Shown: piece by piece, positions 1-12,115 of the stretch | Layout: each line of letters starts with the position of its first letter | How positions within the stretch are numbered: the stretch's first letter is position 1 | NCBI RefSeq assembly: GCF_006345805.1 | Contig: NC_042998.1 | Span: 27,900,001-27,964,000, forward strand | Length of the DNA: 64,000 nucleotides | Direction: 5' to 3' | Origin: Octopus sinensis | Taxonomy: Eukaryota | The notes under the pieces: model-generated | What the model was told of the DNA's origin: nothing | Database searches by the model: none | The model's input: only the letters and a program-made list of their open reading frames with translations | Program-made: the position numbers and the translations under genes

Positions 1-584
1 AGAGATAATTTACAATTGATTTATATATTAAAAGCACAAGTTATCTGCTTGTGACATATTTTCGAGTGAATTTGCTAAAATTTTGAAGATATTAAATGTT
101 TCATTGTTGGTGTAGAATTTGGCTGCGGATAAGACACATATAAACGAAAACACCAGATCAAGGGACAGACTAACGAGACTAGTCACTTCAGATTGTATAC
201 ACACGTTGTATACAATAAGGTACTGTCTCCATCGAAGATTCTAATGAAGATGCTATGTACAAAATACGGAGGCGATTCAATATGGTTTCAGTTTTTTTTT
301 TACATTGTTTTGTGTAATTAAATTTTCTAATACATTTTCTAAAGTAAAAGTTCTAATCATAACAACTGAAAATTATTCTAGTCTTGCAAAGAGGCCATAG
401 TGTTTAGCGAACTGCGACGACATTCTTTGTAAAAGAATAACTTCATTGAATTATATTTTAAACCATTTATTTTTACTGTATCATTAAGTATTTGAGATAT
501 TTGTGGTATGATAGCATAAGCTATATCAGTCAAAGAATAATTGTGACTAGCACACCTATACAGACACATATATACATTCATATA

Positions 585-790
585 CTCTTTTACTTGTTTC
601 AGTCATTTGACTGCGGCCATGCTGTAGCACCGCCTTTAGTCGAGCAAATCGACCCCAGGACTTATTCTTTGAAAGCCTAGTACTTATTCTACCGGTCTCT
701 TTTGCTGAACCGTTAAGTTACGGGGACGTAAACTCACCAGCATCGGTTGTCAAGCTATGTTGGGGGACAAACACAGACACACAAACATAT

Positions 791-844
<54 letters not shown>

Positions 845-849
845 TATAT

Positions 850-881
<32 letters not shown>

Positions 882-1045
882 TACGACGAGCTTCTTTCAG
901 TTTCCGTATACCAAATCCACTCACAAGACATTGGTCGGCCCGAGGCTATAGTAGAAGACACTTGCCCAAGGTGCCACGCAGTGGGACTGAACCCGGAGCC
1001 ATGTGGTTGGTAAGGAAGCTACTTACCACACAGCCACTCCTACGC
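585..1045 (-). mobile_element. SINE family A (tRNA-related head, CORE-like motif), full length, with internal (TA)n/(TG)n
   Basis: Reverse strand reads GGAGTGGCTGTGTGG (A-box-like), GGTTCAGTCCC (B-box-like) and CCTTGGGCAAGT (CORE-like), ending GAAACAAGTAAAAGAG. About 17 copies or fragments occur in the window. Confidence 0.85.
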
Positions 1046-1090
1046 ATATACATATAAACATACATATATGCACACATACACACACACACA

Positions 1091-1097
1091 ATATATA

Positions 1098-1194
<97 letters not shown>

Positions 1195-1206
1195 TATATA
1201 TATATA
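1091..1206. repeat. (TA)n microsatellite
   Basis: Directly visible. Confidence 0.95.
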
Positions 1207-2248
1207 GTCATGAACTGAGAAACGGAACAGCGATTATTAAACGCATGTAGCATTAACGCGTAGTTTCTCTTTCTACTGAAGCGCAAGTATTATTTCACTA
1301 AGCGTAAAGTACGAGGGGAGAAAAGATCTTCATATATATATATATCTTGGTTAGAGCAAATGCTAATTCACTTGATAACTGGATAAAAACAAAAAAAAAT
1401 GACATAAAGTCATACGTAGCTGCTGGAGAGTGAAGCATGACTTACTTATTTTATTTATGTGCTTTCTGCTCAAATGAAGTCTTGTTTGGCGCGATCAACA
1501 TTTCTATTGCCTCTTTATCATTTCTAGTATGTCTTTTATTGGACAGCTAAAGCTAAACATTTTCTCTTTTTCTGACTTGAATGTGTGTGTACAACTGTCA
1601 AATTTTTTGCTTTTTTTCTCTGACTTGTATGCAATCTCAAAATATACGAGAACTAAGAACCTATTACATTGGAACATACTTTCTTAATATATTTTTTCCA
1701 CAGTTAACAAAATACCGGTCTGATCTATTGTTTGAAACTATAACTAGTTCCATAAAGATATGTAACAAACAAACAGATTTCAAATGAATATTTATTACCT
1801 GTTGTACATAAAGCTAATCTGAATTTATATTTTAGAAGTCAATCACCATTATATTTGTGATTTCTGTGTTTCTAGACTTCAAGAACGATAACGAACTAAT
1901 GTGGAACACTGGACTCATAACTCAAATACAGAAATCACCGCCTAGAAGCATTTCTCTTAAGATGATGGCAAATATTGAGTGTTCTCAATGAGATATCAAG
2001 GATGAGTAAGATTGTTATGCTTAGGAATTAATACCGGCGCAGAAATGAATGAAAATATTTATTTAATACCTATATGACCATACCTGTATTTACAGACATG
2101 CATTAACGTAATTGAGTCGGCAGCAATATTCTCGGGACATTAATTGGTTTGCACTTGATATGTCGTTCATTACAGCGCGGGAAATTTGTCTAGTGGTGCT
2201 TTAATAGATCTAATTACATTAACGGTCTGTACCACACACACACACACA

Positions 2249-2288
<40 letters not shown>

Positions 2289-3149
2289 TGAGGCACGCGC
2301 ACGCGCACATATTGATATGTTTGGAGAAAACTTTTCTTACATTAAAATTTATTAATTATATGAATAATCTTTAAGAAAACTACCTATCTATCTGCCTGTC
2401 TGTCTGTCTGTCTCTACCTCCCTCTCTCTCCCTCCCTATATATATATATAGATAGATATAGATATATATATCGTACAATATATTTGCCAACTAAATGTGG
2501 TGGTCCCATAGAGGATGATGTTACTATTGTTTTTAGCCCCAGGAAGACATCTCCTCCAGCTGGCTAACGTCACACTGTCTGTGGTCGATTAGAATTTGCA
2601 AGGGGAGGTCATCGCTCCCATTTCTAGCCTTATGTGATACACATAGACCCGGGTTTCTGAATGGTTACTCGTCTTCAACGTGTGATAATCACCAGCTGGT
2701 GATGAAAACACATTCCATTCGCAAAATACTATATGCTTTTTCTAGCGACAAACTGTCACTGACCTTGAAAAAGATATATATATATTTAAGACGGAAAATT
2801 AAAATACTACTTAAATTCAGAATGTAAAAAGACGTTACAAAATGTCGGATGATATTGCCTGTTGCACGAATGTTTTCACCTTTGTCTGACAGACAGTGGC
2901 GGATTGGGTCTAATAAATATTGGTTGCCAGGAGACTAAGGGAGAACACCTGTAACTACAATGCAGTTATTTAATTTTATTTTTGTTAAAAATATTCTACA
3001 AAGCTAGCCAGGCTAAAATAATTAATGCATTCTTCCAGGAGTGAATAGAAAATGATCAAACTGGAGGGGATGGCCCCTTCGATATTAACATGGGCCACCA
3101 TATATGGATTCTAATGTCGAAGGGGCCCACCTACAATCGGGTAAGCGCC

Positions 3150-3450
3150 ATCCAACCAAAATGCAAATATATGGGAAACTACCACCTGTGTCATCTCTTG
3201 TGAAAGGTAGGAGAGTCCAGTTTGCTGGACATTGTTGTAGAGCTGAAAAAGAAGTAATTTCTACTCTTCTCCTCTGGAAGCCATCTACTCGCAATACCAG
3301 AGGGCGCACACTCTCCTACCCTGATGTAATCTCCAGGGATACAGGCATCCAGCAACAGGACCTCCGTAATGCTATGATGGACCGTGAAGTCTGGCGTAAC
3401 ATAGTAAATTCCATTGTCTCGACCACGGTCGAACAATGATGATGAATGAA
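3150..3450 (+). mobile_element. 5'-truncated RTE-type LINE 3' end
   Basis: ORF 3104-3439 ends RRVQFAGHCCR...LLLWKP...RGR...DVISRDTG...AMMDREVWR, typical of the RTE C-terminus. A short (TGA)n tail follows. Confidence 0.75.
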
Positions 3451-3701
3451 GCTGGCAACGTGGCCAGTCCGCCATTGCTGAGAGAACTGGTTAATATATA
3501 AGTCACTGAATAGATCTAGTAAAAGGTAAACATGTTCAGGCGGTATCGGAAATCACTGTGTTGCTCACTTTCAATTTCATAATTTTAATTAAAATTTTTT
3601 TATTCCATTTGACGAATGCTTACACTTGATTAAGTGACTTTTGTTTAATATACTGTCAATCATCATCGGATTTATATGGAAAGGCCGTTATACAATTACA
3701 T

Positions 3702-3752
<51 letters not shown>

Positions 3753-4122
3753 TCCAAGCAAAGCCTTACGTCAATTATAGTGAATATTCATTTCAGCTAA
3801 TGTAATTATATTTTAGTATTGCTCGTTAATTTCTTATAAAGGTATTTGATGAATTTGATATCCAGACGTCTGGACATACTGCCATTATCTGACCCACTCG
3901 CCAGCCTTTTTACACACATTCTATTAATAATTCATTTTAATTATACTTTGTTCAATATATTACCTATGTTAGCAACTATGGTCTTATATTTTGTATTATT
4001 TAATTCACCCATACCCCAGTATTAACACGGATTCTGTTCTGTCATACTTTTTTGTTCAGTTATACTGAGTTAGCACTGTAATAAGCGAACGATTTTATAA
4101 GACAATACAATGCAAGATAGAA

Positions 4123-4520
4123 GGCGACGAGCTGGCAGAAACGTTAGCACGCCGGGCGAAATGCTTAGTGGTATTTCGTCTGCGGCTACGTTCTGAGTTC
4201 AAATTCCGCCGAGGTCGACTTTGCCTTTCATCCTTTCCGGGTCGATTAAATATGCACCAGTTACGCACTGGAGTCAATATAATCGACTTAATCCGTGTGT
4301 TTGTCCTTGTTTGTCCCCTCTATGTTTAGCCCCTTGTGGGTGGTAAAGAAATAGGTATTTCGTCTGTCTTTATGTTCTGAGATCAGATTCCGCCGAGGTT
4401 GGCTTTGCCTTTCATCATTTCGGGGTCGATATATTAAGTTCCAGTTGCATACTGAGGTCGATCTAATCAACTGTCCCCTCCCCCAAAATGTCGGTCCTTG
4501 TGCCTAGAGTAGAAAAGAAT
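4123..4520 (+). mobile_element. SINE family B (tRNA-related, internally modular)
   Basis: Head GGCGRCGAGCTGGCAGAAACGTTAGC, B-box GAGTTCAAATTCC, a repeated internal module, and tail GTGCCTAGAGTAGAAAAGAAT. More than 12 copies in the window. Confidence 0.8.
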
Positions 4521-4536
4521 ATTTAACTGCTCTTAA

Positions 4537-4935
4537 GGTGGCGATGTGGAAGAAAGGTTAGCACGCCGGACGAAATGCTTAGCGGGATTTCATCTGCCGC
4601 TACGTTCTGAGTTCAGTTTCCGCCGAGGTCGACTTTGCTTTTCATCCTTTCAGAGTCGATTAAATAAGTACCAGTTACACACTAGAGTCGATATAATCGA
4701 ATTAATCCGTTTGTCTCTCCTTGTTTGTTCCCTCTGTGTTTAGCCTCTTGTGGGTAGCAAAGAAATTGGTATTTTGTCTGTCTTTACGTTCAGAGTTCAA
4801 ATTACGCCGAAATCGACTTTGCCTTTCATCATTTCGGGGTCGATAAATTAAGTACCAGTTGCGTACTGGGGTCGATCTAATCTATTGGCCCCCTCCCCCA
4901 AAGTTTCGGGCTTTGTGCCTTGAGTAGAAAAGAAT
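4537..4935 (+). mobile_element. SINE family B copy
   Basis: Same head, module and tail as 4123-4520, in tandem with it. Confidence 0.8.
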
Positions 4936-4983
4936 ATAATATCGGCGTAGAAACGTAACTAACCGCAAAATTATTCTTATTAT

Positions 4984-5163
4984 CTTTTACATGTTTCGGT
5001 CATTAGACAACGGCCAAGCAGGAGCAACGTCTTCAATGATTGTTTTAAATTTTTAGTCGAACAAATCAACTTCAGTTCTTATTTTTGGAGCTTGGTGCTT
5101 AGTCCATCGGTTTCTTGTGCCGGACCGCTAGTCAATGAAAACGTAAAGGCATCAACACCGTTT
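4984..5163 (-). mobile_element. Diverged SINE family A 3' half
   Basis: CTTTTACATGTTTCGGTCATTAGAC...TTTAGTCGAACAAATC aligns to the family A 3' half. Confidence 0.65.
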
Positions 5164-5560
5164 GTACACAAATATTACTAATGCATTCTCAGATTTTTAA
5201 TACACACCACAAAACACTTTTGAACGAGCAACACTGATTCCATGGTTCTATACTTTGGAATGTCTAAATATGAACTGCTACTGGAGCTTACATACCATGT
5301 ACAGGAAACTTTTTTAACACTTCTATACACCGTTTTCCTTGAATAATGCAACTGCAATATCCTTATATATATTATTTATACTTTTATTCTCTGATTTCCT
5401 TCTATATTCCATATCTTTTCCACAATAATTCGAACTCAGATATTTCCTCACACCGTCTGTGATGAAGGGATATCCATAATAGCAGCTGTAAGACTATTTC
5501 CTTATAAATGTCCTGAAAACTCCTCACAGCCTTGGATATGTTATCCCATTTTGTCTAATA

Positions 5561-5600
<40 letters not shown>

Positions 5601-5602
<2 letters not shown>

Positions 5603-5757
5603 CGACAGGCTTCTTTCAGTTTCCGTCTACCAAATCCACTCACCAGGCTTTGGTCGACCCGAGGCTATAGTAGAAGACACTTGTCCAATGTGCCACGCAG
5701 TGGGACTGAACCCAGAACCATGTGGTTGGGAAGCCAACTTTTTATCACACAGCCACT
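5601..5757 (-). mobile_element. SINE family A 5' half
   Basis: Matches the family A head up to the internal (TA)n. Confidence 0.8.
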
Positions 5758-5840
5758 ATGACGGGCTTCTTTCAGTTTCTATCTATGAGATCCACTGTTA
5801 CTGTAAGAATAACGCTTACACCTGTGAGTTCTCATTCCAG

Positions 5841-5918
5841 GTGGACTGTAGCATCGGTGATAGCAAACAAACAACCTACCTTCAGGAAAATTAGCTGCCG
5901 TGTCCCACGTCCGTTTTG
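5841..5918 (+). CDS. Candidate 78-nt symmetric coding exon (WTVASVIANKQPTFRKISCRVPRPF), gene unidentified
   Basis: Acceptor TTCTCATTCCAG, donor GTAAAT and an open frame. A diverged copy at 7455-7511 starts exactly at the acceptor and carries synonymous changes. Confidence 0.35.
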
Positions 5919-5943
5919 GTAAATAGTGTTTTATTTTATCATT

Positions 5944-6313
5944 GTGGAAGCGCAATGGCACATTGGTTAGGGCGTACGATCGCGGTTTCGATTCCCAGAC
6001 AGGGCGTTTTGAGTGTTTATTGAGCGAAAACAGCTAAAGCTCCACAAAGCTCGGCAGCGGATGGTGGCAAACCCTGCCGTACTCTTTCACCACAACTTTC
6101 TCTCACTCTTTCTTCCTGTTTCTGTTGTACTTGCATTTCAAAAGGGCCAGCCTTGTCACACTCTGTGTCATGCTGAATGTCCCCGAGAACTACGTTAAGG
6201 GTACACGTGTCTGTAGAGCGCTCAGCCACTTGCACGTTAATTTCACGTGTGGGCTGTTGCGTTGATCGGATCAACTGGAACCGTCGTCGTCGTAACCGAC
6301 GGAGTGCCGAATG
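5944..6313 (+). mobile_element. SINE family C (tRNA-derived)
   Basis: Head GTGGARGCGCAATGGC and B-box GGTTTCGATTCC. TSD TTTTATCATT at 5934-5943 and 6314-6323. Confidence 0.85.
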
Positions 6314-6699
6314 TTTTATCATTATTAAGAAGAATATGATGGGGAATCTGCAGAATCATTTTTGTTTTTCCCACAAATTACCGTGAAAGAAAATCTATTT
6401 TTGAACATTTTCTCTGAGCATTATTAATTGTGCAGAAATATTTTGATTGTAAAATATTCTATAGTATAGAAAAAAGTAAAAAAGATCAGATGCCGTAAGA
6501 AAAAATGGTATTTAAAGTTAGCCTGTAACATCTGTATTATACAATGTTTACGGTAAGTGCCGTATATCCTAAGGCGAGTCACAGAGTAATCGTTTAATTA
6601 CATGCTAACATCCTCGAAGATAATCACAACCGTACACTTCCTTCACTTGTGTCTAGACAAAAACTAATCAATATTCAACAATTTGATTTTTTTTAGAAG

Positions 6700-7002
6700 T
6701 CGTTGTGCTAGCCAAATCGTTAGCACGTCGGGCAAGATGCTTAACGGCATTTTGTCTGCCGCTACGTTCTGAGTTCAAATTCCGCCGAGGTCGACTTTGC
6801 TTTTCATCTTTTCGGGGGGTCTATAAAATAAGTACCTATTTCTTTACTACCCACAAAGGGCTAAACACAGATAGGACAAACAAGGACATGCAAACAGATT
6901 AAGTCGATTACGTCGCCGCCTATAAAATAAGTACCATTTAATTACTGGGCTCAACGTAGTCGACTTGTCCCCTCTTACGAAATCGCTGAACTTATGCTAA
7001 AA
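6700..7002 (+). mobile_element. SINE family B copy with antisense module insert
   Basis: Family B head. Positions 6837-6919 are the family B 3' module in reverse, flanked by CTATAAAATAAGTACC direct repeats. Confidence 0.7.
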
Positions 7003-7554
7003 ATGGTGCACATTTGGATACTAACTGTTTAAAGGAAATCCTCTGTATTTGTAACTATTCAGCTTTCTTTTAAATTGATTTATTGTACAGGAAGAAAATC
7101 ATGCATTTGCAAAGAAAAGAATTGCATATTAAATTCATTTCATAAGTTATTAATCTATCGGCTGCAACAGATTTAGGACCACCTGAGAATGGAAAGGAAT
7201 ACAATTATGCATATTAGTGCATCTCGTTATTTACACTGCTGCTTTAATAGCAGTTATTTGTGGCTTATAAAATGTTAGTTTAGAAGTATAATGCTGGGCA
7301 TAATATTTACGACAAATCTGTGTCCAATGCACAAACAATCCAGTGAACTTAACTGAGCTTTCTGATAAGGGGAAAGTACAGAATATACCTCCAAGAATAC
7401 AGCTTCTTTGCTCAAGTCAATGAAATATAGTGTAATATGTAATTTTGAAGCCATGTGGACTGTGGCATCAGTGTTAGCAAACAAACAACCTCCCTCCAGG
7501 AAAGTTATCTGAGAAGAACTTTTAAAGAATTAATGACTACAAACGACAGCGAGG

Positions 7555-7880
7555 ATAAACTCATTGTAGCCCAACGGAAAAAATGGAACGAATCATGCTA
7601 GGCATCAACATGCAGGACAAGAAAACTCACGCCTGGGTACAAGAGCGCGCGATAGTCAAAGACATCATAAGAACTATCAAGGAAGACAATTATAAATGGG
7701 TTGGCTACATCGTGCGACTTTAGGAAAAACGATGGACAATCAGAGTGATGGATTTGTCACCAAGATGAAGAGGCCGGCCAAAAACAAGACTGAGAGATGA
7801 CCACACTTGAGGTCTACATGGCCACGACTGGCAGAAGGAGCCCAGCAATTGGTTACTCCGTCAGGAGTGATGGAGCTCTA
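7555..7880 (+). mobile_element. Degenerate RTE-type LINE C-terminal fragment
   Basis: Frameshifted translation LIVAQR..MERIMLGINMQDK..WV..VKDII..KWVGYIVR..RWT..RGRPKTR. Confidence 0.65.
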
Positions 7881-8202
7881 GTAGAAAAAAGAACAGTATA
7901 TATTTAGAAATTGTTATTTTCATGCATAGCATTAGTGGTATTGCTTATTTTGTTTTTGTTGTTGCTCTTTTCTCCGTAAAAAGATCCAATGGAAATCATT
8001 ATCACGTAATAACTTGAAAATCAATGAGAAAACCAATTGTGCCTTATCACAAATTTTTCAGGAAAGAATTATTTCCGTAGAAGGACAGGTTCCTTACTTG
8101 CTTTCGAAAAAGATTGGAATATTTTTGAAAGTTCCTAAATATACTAGCTCTATAAATACTTCTAAAATGCGGATATATATTTGTGCTGTTTGATTTCCTA
8201 TA

Positions 8203-8597
8203 TCTATATATATAAAAGTGAGGTTGTGTGGTGTCTGTCTCCTACGATTTAGATTCCTAACTACTCCCACATTTTGCGGTGCAGTTTAACCAAAAGCGGG
8301 TATCTTATAGTCGTGATTCATATCGAGCCCTTCTTGGTATTAGCGCTCGTCTACGATGAGTCTACGATTTAAAAAAAAATTACCATTATTTTTTCCCCAT
8401 TTTTAATGCATTTTTGGTATATATAAGGGAAGTAACTCTCTAAAAATGTATTATTAAATTTCAGAACGTAAAAAGCTACAGTAACACCCCCCTTTGTGGT
8501 TAGCCATATTGAGATGGCTATTATACTTTACATCTCTAAAAATGCTTATATAGTTATTTCCCTTACAAACCCGAACAACGCCGGCCGATACTGCTAG
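8203..8597 (+). mobile_element. Non-autonomous Helitron
   Basis: A|TC 5' end, subterminal GC-rich hairpin CCCGAACAACGCCGG, 3' end CTAG|T, no TSD. Homologous copy at 14894. Confidence 0.75.
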
Positions 8598-9424
8598 TCG
8601 TCTATAAGTATTCATACATATATAATTCTACTTTGTAAATGAATGTAAAGGCAAAAATCCCTTTTAAGCCAAAAATAGCTACAAAGTTGATGTATCAAAA
8701 TCGAAAGAAATAATCCTTTAGTTGGAGAATATCATTTTTGCAATAAATGTATTGGCATCGAGGGTATGGTAAGCCATTGTTACTATCGTCCTATGAATAA
8801 TCCCATGTAAAATTTTATTATAGAGAAAAGGCAGAGGAAATTAAATGATGCAATAGGATATACACTCTTATATAAAATGTTTGGAGAATACCGAAGGCAA
8901 AATTTACGCTGAGTCGTATGTGTTGTAAGATTCACAGACAACAGGTAGACCCGTGCAATTGCAGACTGGCATCAAAGAGATCGGAAGAGGACACTTGAAA
9001 GGGTCCATGACGATGGGAAGATGATATAGTTAAGCAATTTGGGTCGAGATGGAAAAGAATGACGTAATAAAGACAGAGGTGAGAGGGAAATGTGAGGAGC
9101 GGTGTAGGAAAGAATCTGTTGGTCTGATCGATATTCTGATGCTGTGATAAATGCATTATTTAATAATATGATTTTATCATTATATCTCAAAACACAATAG
9201 ATGTTACTGAAGCATAAACTAAAAATCGTGTTTTAATGCAGACATAGATAAATGTCAATAACCTTTAATAACGAAATAAAGGTCAGCTTAGCCGAGTAGA
9301 AACAAAATTCGAGAACGAAAGATGATGATCTTCAAAAATTTAAATGCACCAAAATAACAACCCAATAAGAATTTAAAGCTCAGGCAAGGGTGACATTCAA
9401 TATTATTATTATTGGATACAAGAG

Positions 9425-10085
9425 GGCGGCGAGCTGGAAAGATCGTTAGCACACTGGACGAAATGCCTAGTGGTATTTCGCTTGTCTCTACGTTCTGTGT
9501 TCAAATTCGCCGAGCTTGACTTTACTTTTCGTTCTTTCAGAGCCGATAAATTAAGTACCAGTTGTGTACTGGGGTCGGTCTAATCGACTAGTCACCTCCC
9601 CCTAAATTTCGGGCCTTGTGCCTAGAGTAGAAGGGATTATTATTATTGGATGCCAGAGGGTAGCGAGCTGGAAATGTCGGTAGCACACTGGACGAAATAC
9701 TTCCTGGTATTTTGCCCGTCCCTACGTTTTGCGTTCAAATTCTGTCGAGGTCGACTTTGCTCTTCATTCTTTCGGGGTCGATGAATTAAGTACCAGTTAT
9801 GCACTGGGGTCGATCTAACTGATTGGCCCCCTCCCACCAACTTTCAGACCTTGTGCCTATAGTAGGAAAGATTATTATTGGAGGCAACGAGCTAGCAGAA
9901 TCGTTAGCACGCCAGAGAAAAATGCTTAGCAGCTTTTCGTCAGTCTGAACGTTATGAGTTCAAATTCCGCCGAGGTAGACTTTTCCTTCCATCCTCTCGG
10001 AGTTGGTACAATAAGTACCAGATGAACACTGGGTCGATATTATCGACTCAAGCACCGACCTTGCTGGCCTTGTGCCGACATTTGA
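9425..10085 (+). mobile_element. Three tandem short SINE family B copies
   Basis: Heads at about 9425, 9659 and 9882, separated by ATTATT tails. Confidence 0.75.
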
Positions 10086-10424
10086 TGTCATTATTATTGG
10101 GTGCAAATGTTCGAGAATTACCAGGGGGCATTTTAGAAGAATACATTACGGTAACGTACCCAGATTTTGGTAAAGAGTGGATGACTCAGGTATTTATCAA
10201 GTCGGGAAATTTGAATCGGCTTTGGTGAAAGAAGAGACCGGAAAGGGAAACTGTATGAATCTGTCACTGTAGAAACATGTAGAAGAACACTCACACGAAT
10301 AATGTTAACATAGAAGCTGTATATAGGATGATATACACATATTGATACACATATACATACACACCCACACACACGCGCGCGCACACACACAGACGCACGT
10401 GCTTGTGTACACTGTATGTCTATA

Positions 10425-10979
10425 CAGTAATTCCTTGCTATATCGCAGTTCACCTATCGCGGTTTATTACTTAAGCTTACGTTGATTCCTCTGTGGTGTT
10501 GTGTTGCATTTATAATAAAATAAATATATGAGGAGGAGACCCCCTTCGGTCATGAGTGACTATGGGATTGCACCAAGGAAGTTACCCCCCGAGGCACAAG
10601 TCCGGCCAGTAGTCACCCATGCATACCAGCCTCCCCTCTCCACACCACTGATGTTATCCAAGGGAAAGGCAAAGGCCGATACAGCTTGGCACCTATGATG
10701 TCGCAACTCATTTCTACAGCTGAGTGAACTGGAGCAATGTAAAATAAAGTGTCTTGCTCAAAAACACAACACGCAACCCATTCCGGGATTCGAACTCACA
10801 ACCTCACGATCGTAAGCACAACGCTTTAACCACTGAGCCATGCGCCTTCACAAAAAAATAAATATATGCAAATTATAAAAAAAAAAATATACAGAACAGT
10901 ACTGTTTCTATTTCGCGGATTTCCACCTATCGCGGGTTTTTTTTGGAGCGTAACACCAACGATAGTCGACGGATTACTC
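10425..10979. mobile_element. pogo/Tigger-like MITE interrupted by a SINE
   Basis: Left end TA|CAGTAATTCCTTGCTATATCGC and right end GATAGTCGACGGATTACT form degenerate TIRs. Confidence 0.5.
10531..10854 (-). mobile_element. SINE family D (tRNA head)
   Basis: Reverse strand has GGCGCATGGCTCAGTGGTTAA and GAGTTCGAATCCC boxes. 14-bp TSD AAAATAAATATATG at 10517-10530 and 10855-10868. Confidence 0.8.
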
Positions 10980-11373
10980 TTTTACTCTTTTACTCTTTTA
11001 CTTATTTCAGTCATTTGACTGCGGCCATGCTGGAGCACCGCGTTTTAGTCGAGCAAATCGACCCCAGGACTTATTCTTTGTAAGCCTAGTAATTATTCTA
11101 TTGCCGAACCGCTAAGTAACGGGGTCGTAAACATACCAACATTGGTTGTCAAGCAATGTTGGGGGGGGGGACAAACACACACACATACACATATATATAT
11201 ATATATATACGACAGGCTTCTTTCAGTTTCCGTCTACCAAATCCACTCACAAGGCTTTGGTCGGCCCGATGCTATAGTAGAAGACACTTTCCAAAGGTGC
11301 CACGCAGTAGAACTGAACCCGGAACCATGTGGTTGGTAAGCAAGCTACTTACCACACAGCCACTCCTGCGCCT
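10977..11373 (-). mobile_element. SINE family A
   Basis: Full-length match with repeated GTAAAAGA tail. Confidence 0.85.
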
Positions 11374-11696
11374 GATTACTGTATAATATTTTCTTCTCGC
11401 TGCATCATTCCGTCCAACAGTTTTCAAATCTACTTGCGTTCCTTTTATATTCTCTACGATCTAACCTTTATTTCGCTATTAGTATTTGCAAATTCTTCCC
11501 AACGACATTTTCTTATTTTCCTTGTTGCAATAGTCTTCCTTCATCTTTTCAACATCCAATTCATATATTCTACATCACATGTAGATACTATATCTCTTTC
11601 CGATAAAGTGTTATTATCCAAAATGTTAAACTAAAGATTTATACTGGCGCTCAAGCTATTTCTGTTACTCTTTGCAGCAATATATTGTTCATAGTT

Positions 11697-12115
11697 TTAC
11701 TCTTTCACTCTTTTACTTGTTTCAGTCATTTGACTGTCGCCATGCTGGAGCACCGCCTTTTAGTCGAGCAAATCGACCCCGGGACTTATTCTAACGGTCC
11801 CTTTTGCCGAACCGCTAAGTTACGGGGACATAAACACACCAGTATCGGTTGTCAAGCGATGTTGGGGAGACAAACACAGACACACAAACATACACACACA
11901 CACACACACATGTATTTATTTATTTATTTATATATATACACGCACACATATACGACGAGCTTCTTTCAGTTTCCATCTACCAAATCCACCCAGAAGGCTT
12001 TGGTCGGCCCGAGGCTATAGTAGAAGACACATACCGAAGGTGCGACGCAGTGGAACTGAACCCGGAACCATGTGGTTGGTAAGCAAGCTACTTACCACAC
12101 AGCCACTCCTGCACC
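11697..12115 (-). mobile_element. SINE family A
   Basis: Full-length match. Confidence 0.85.

Noticed and set aside
718-1286. YIYIYI, THTH, YLSI and CVCV ORFs here and across the window (e.g. 59058-59663)
   Set aside because: Translations of microsatellites.
1876-2005. Possible exon (TTTCTAG acceptor, GTAAG donor)
   Set aside because: All three frames contain a stop and there is no other support.
2895-3150. hAT-like MITE starting CAGTGGCGGATT
   Set aside because: The right TIR is too degenerate and no 8-bp TSD is visible.
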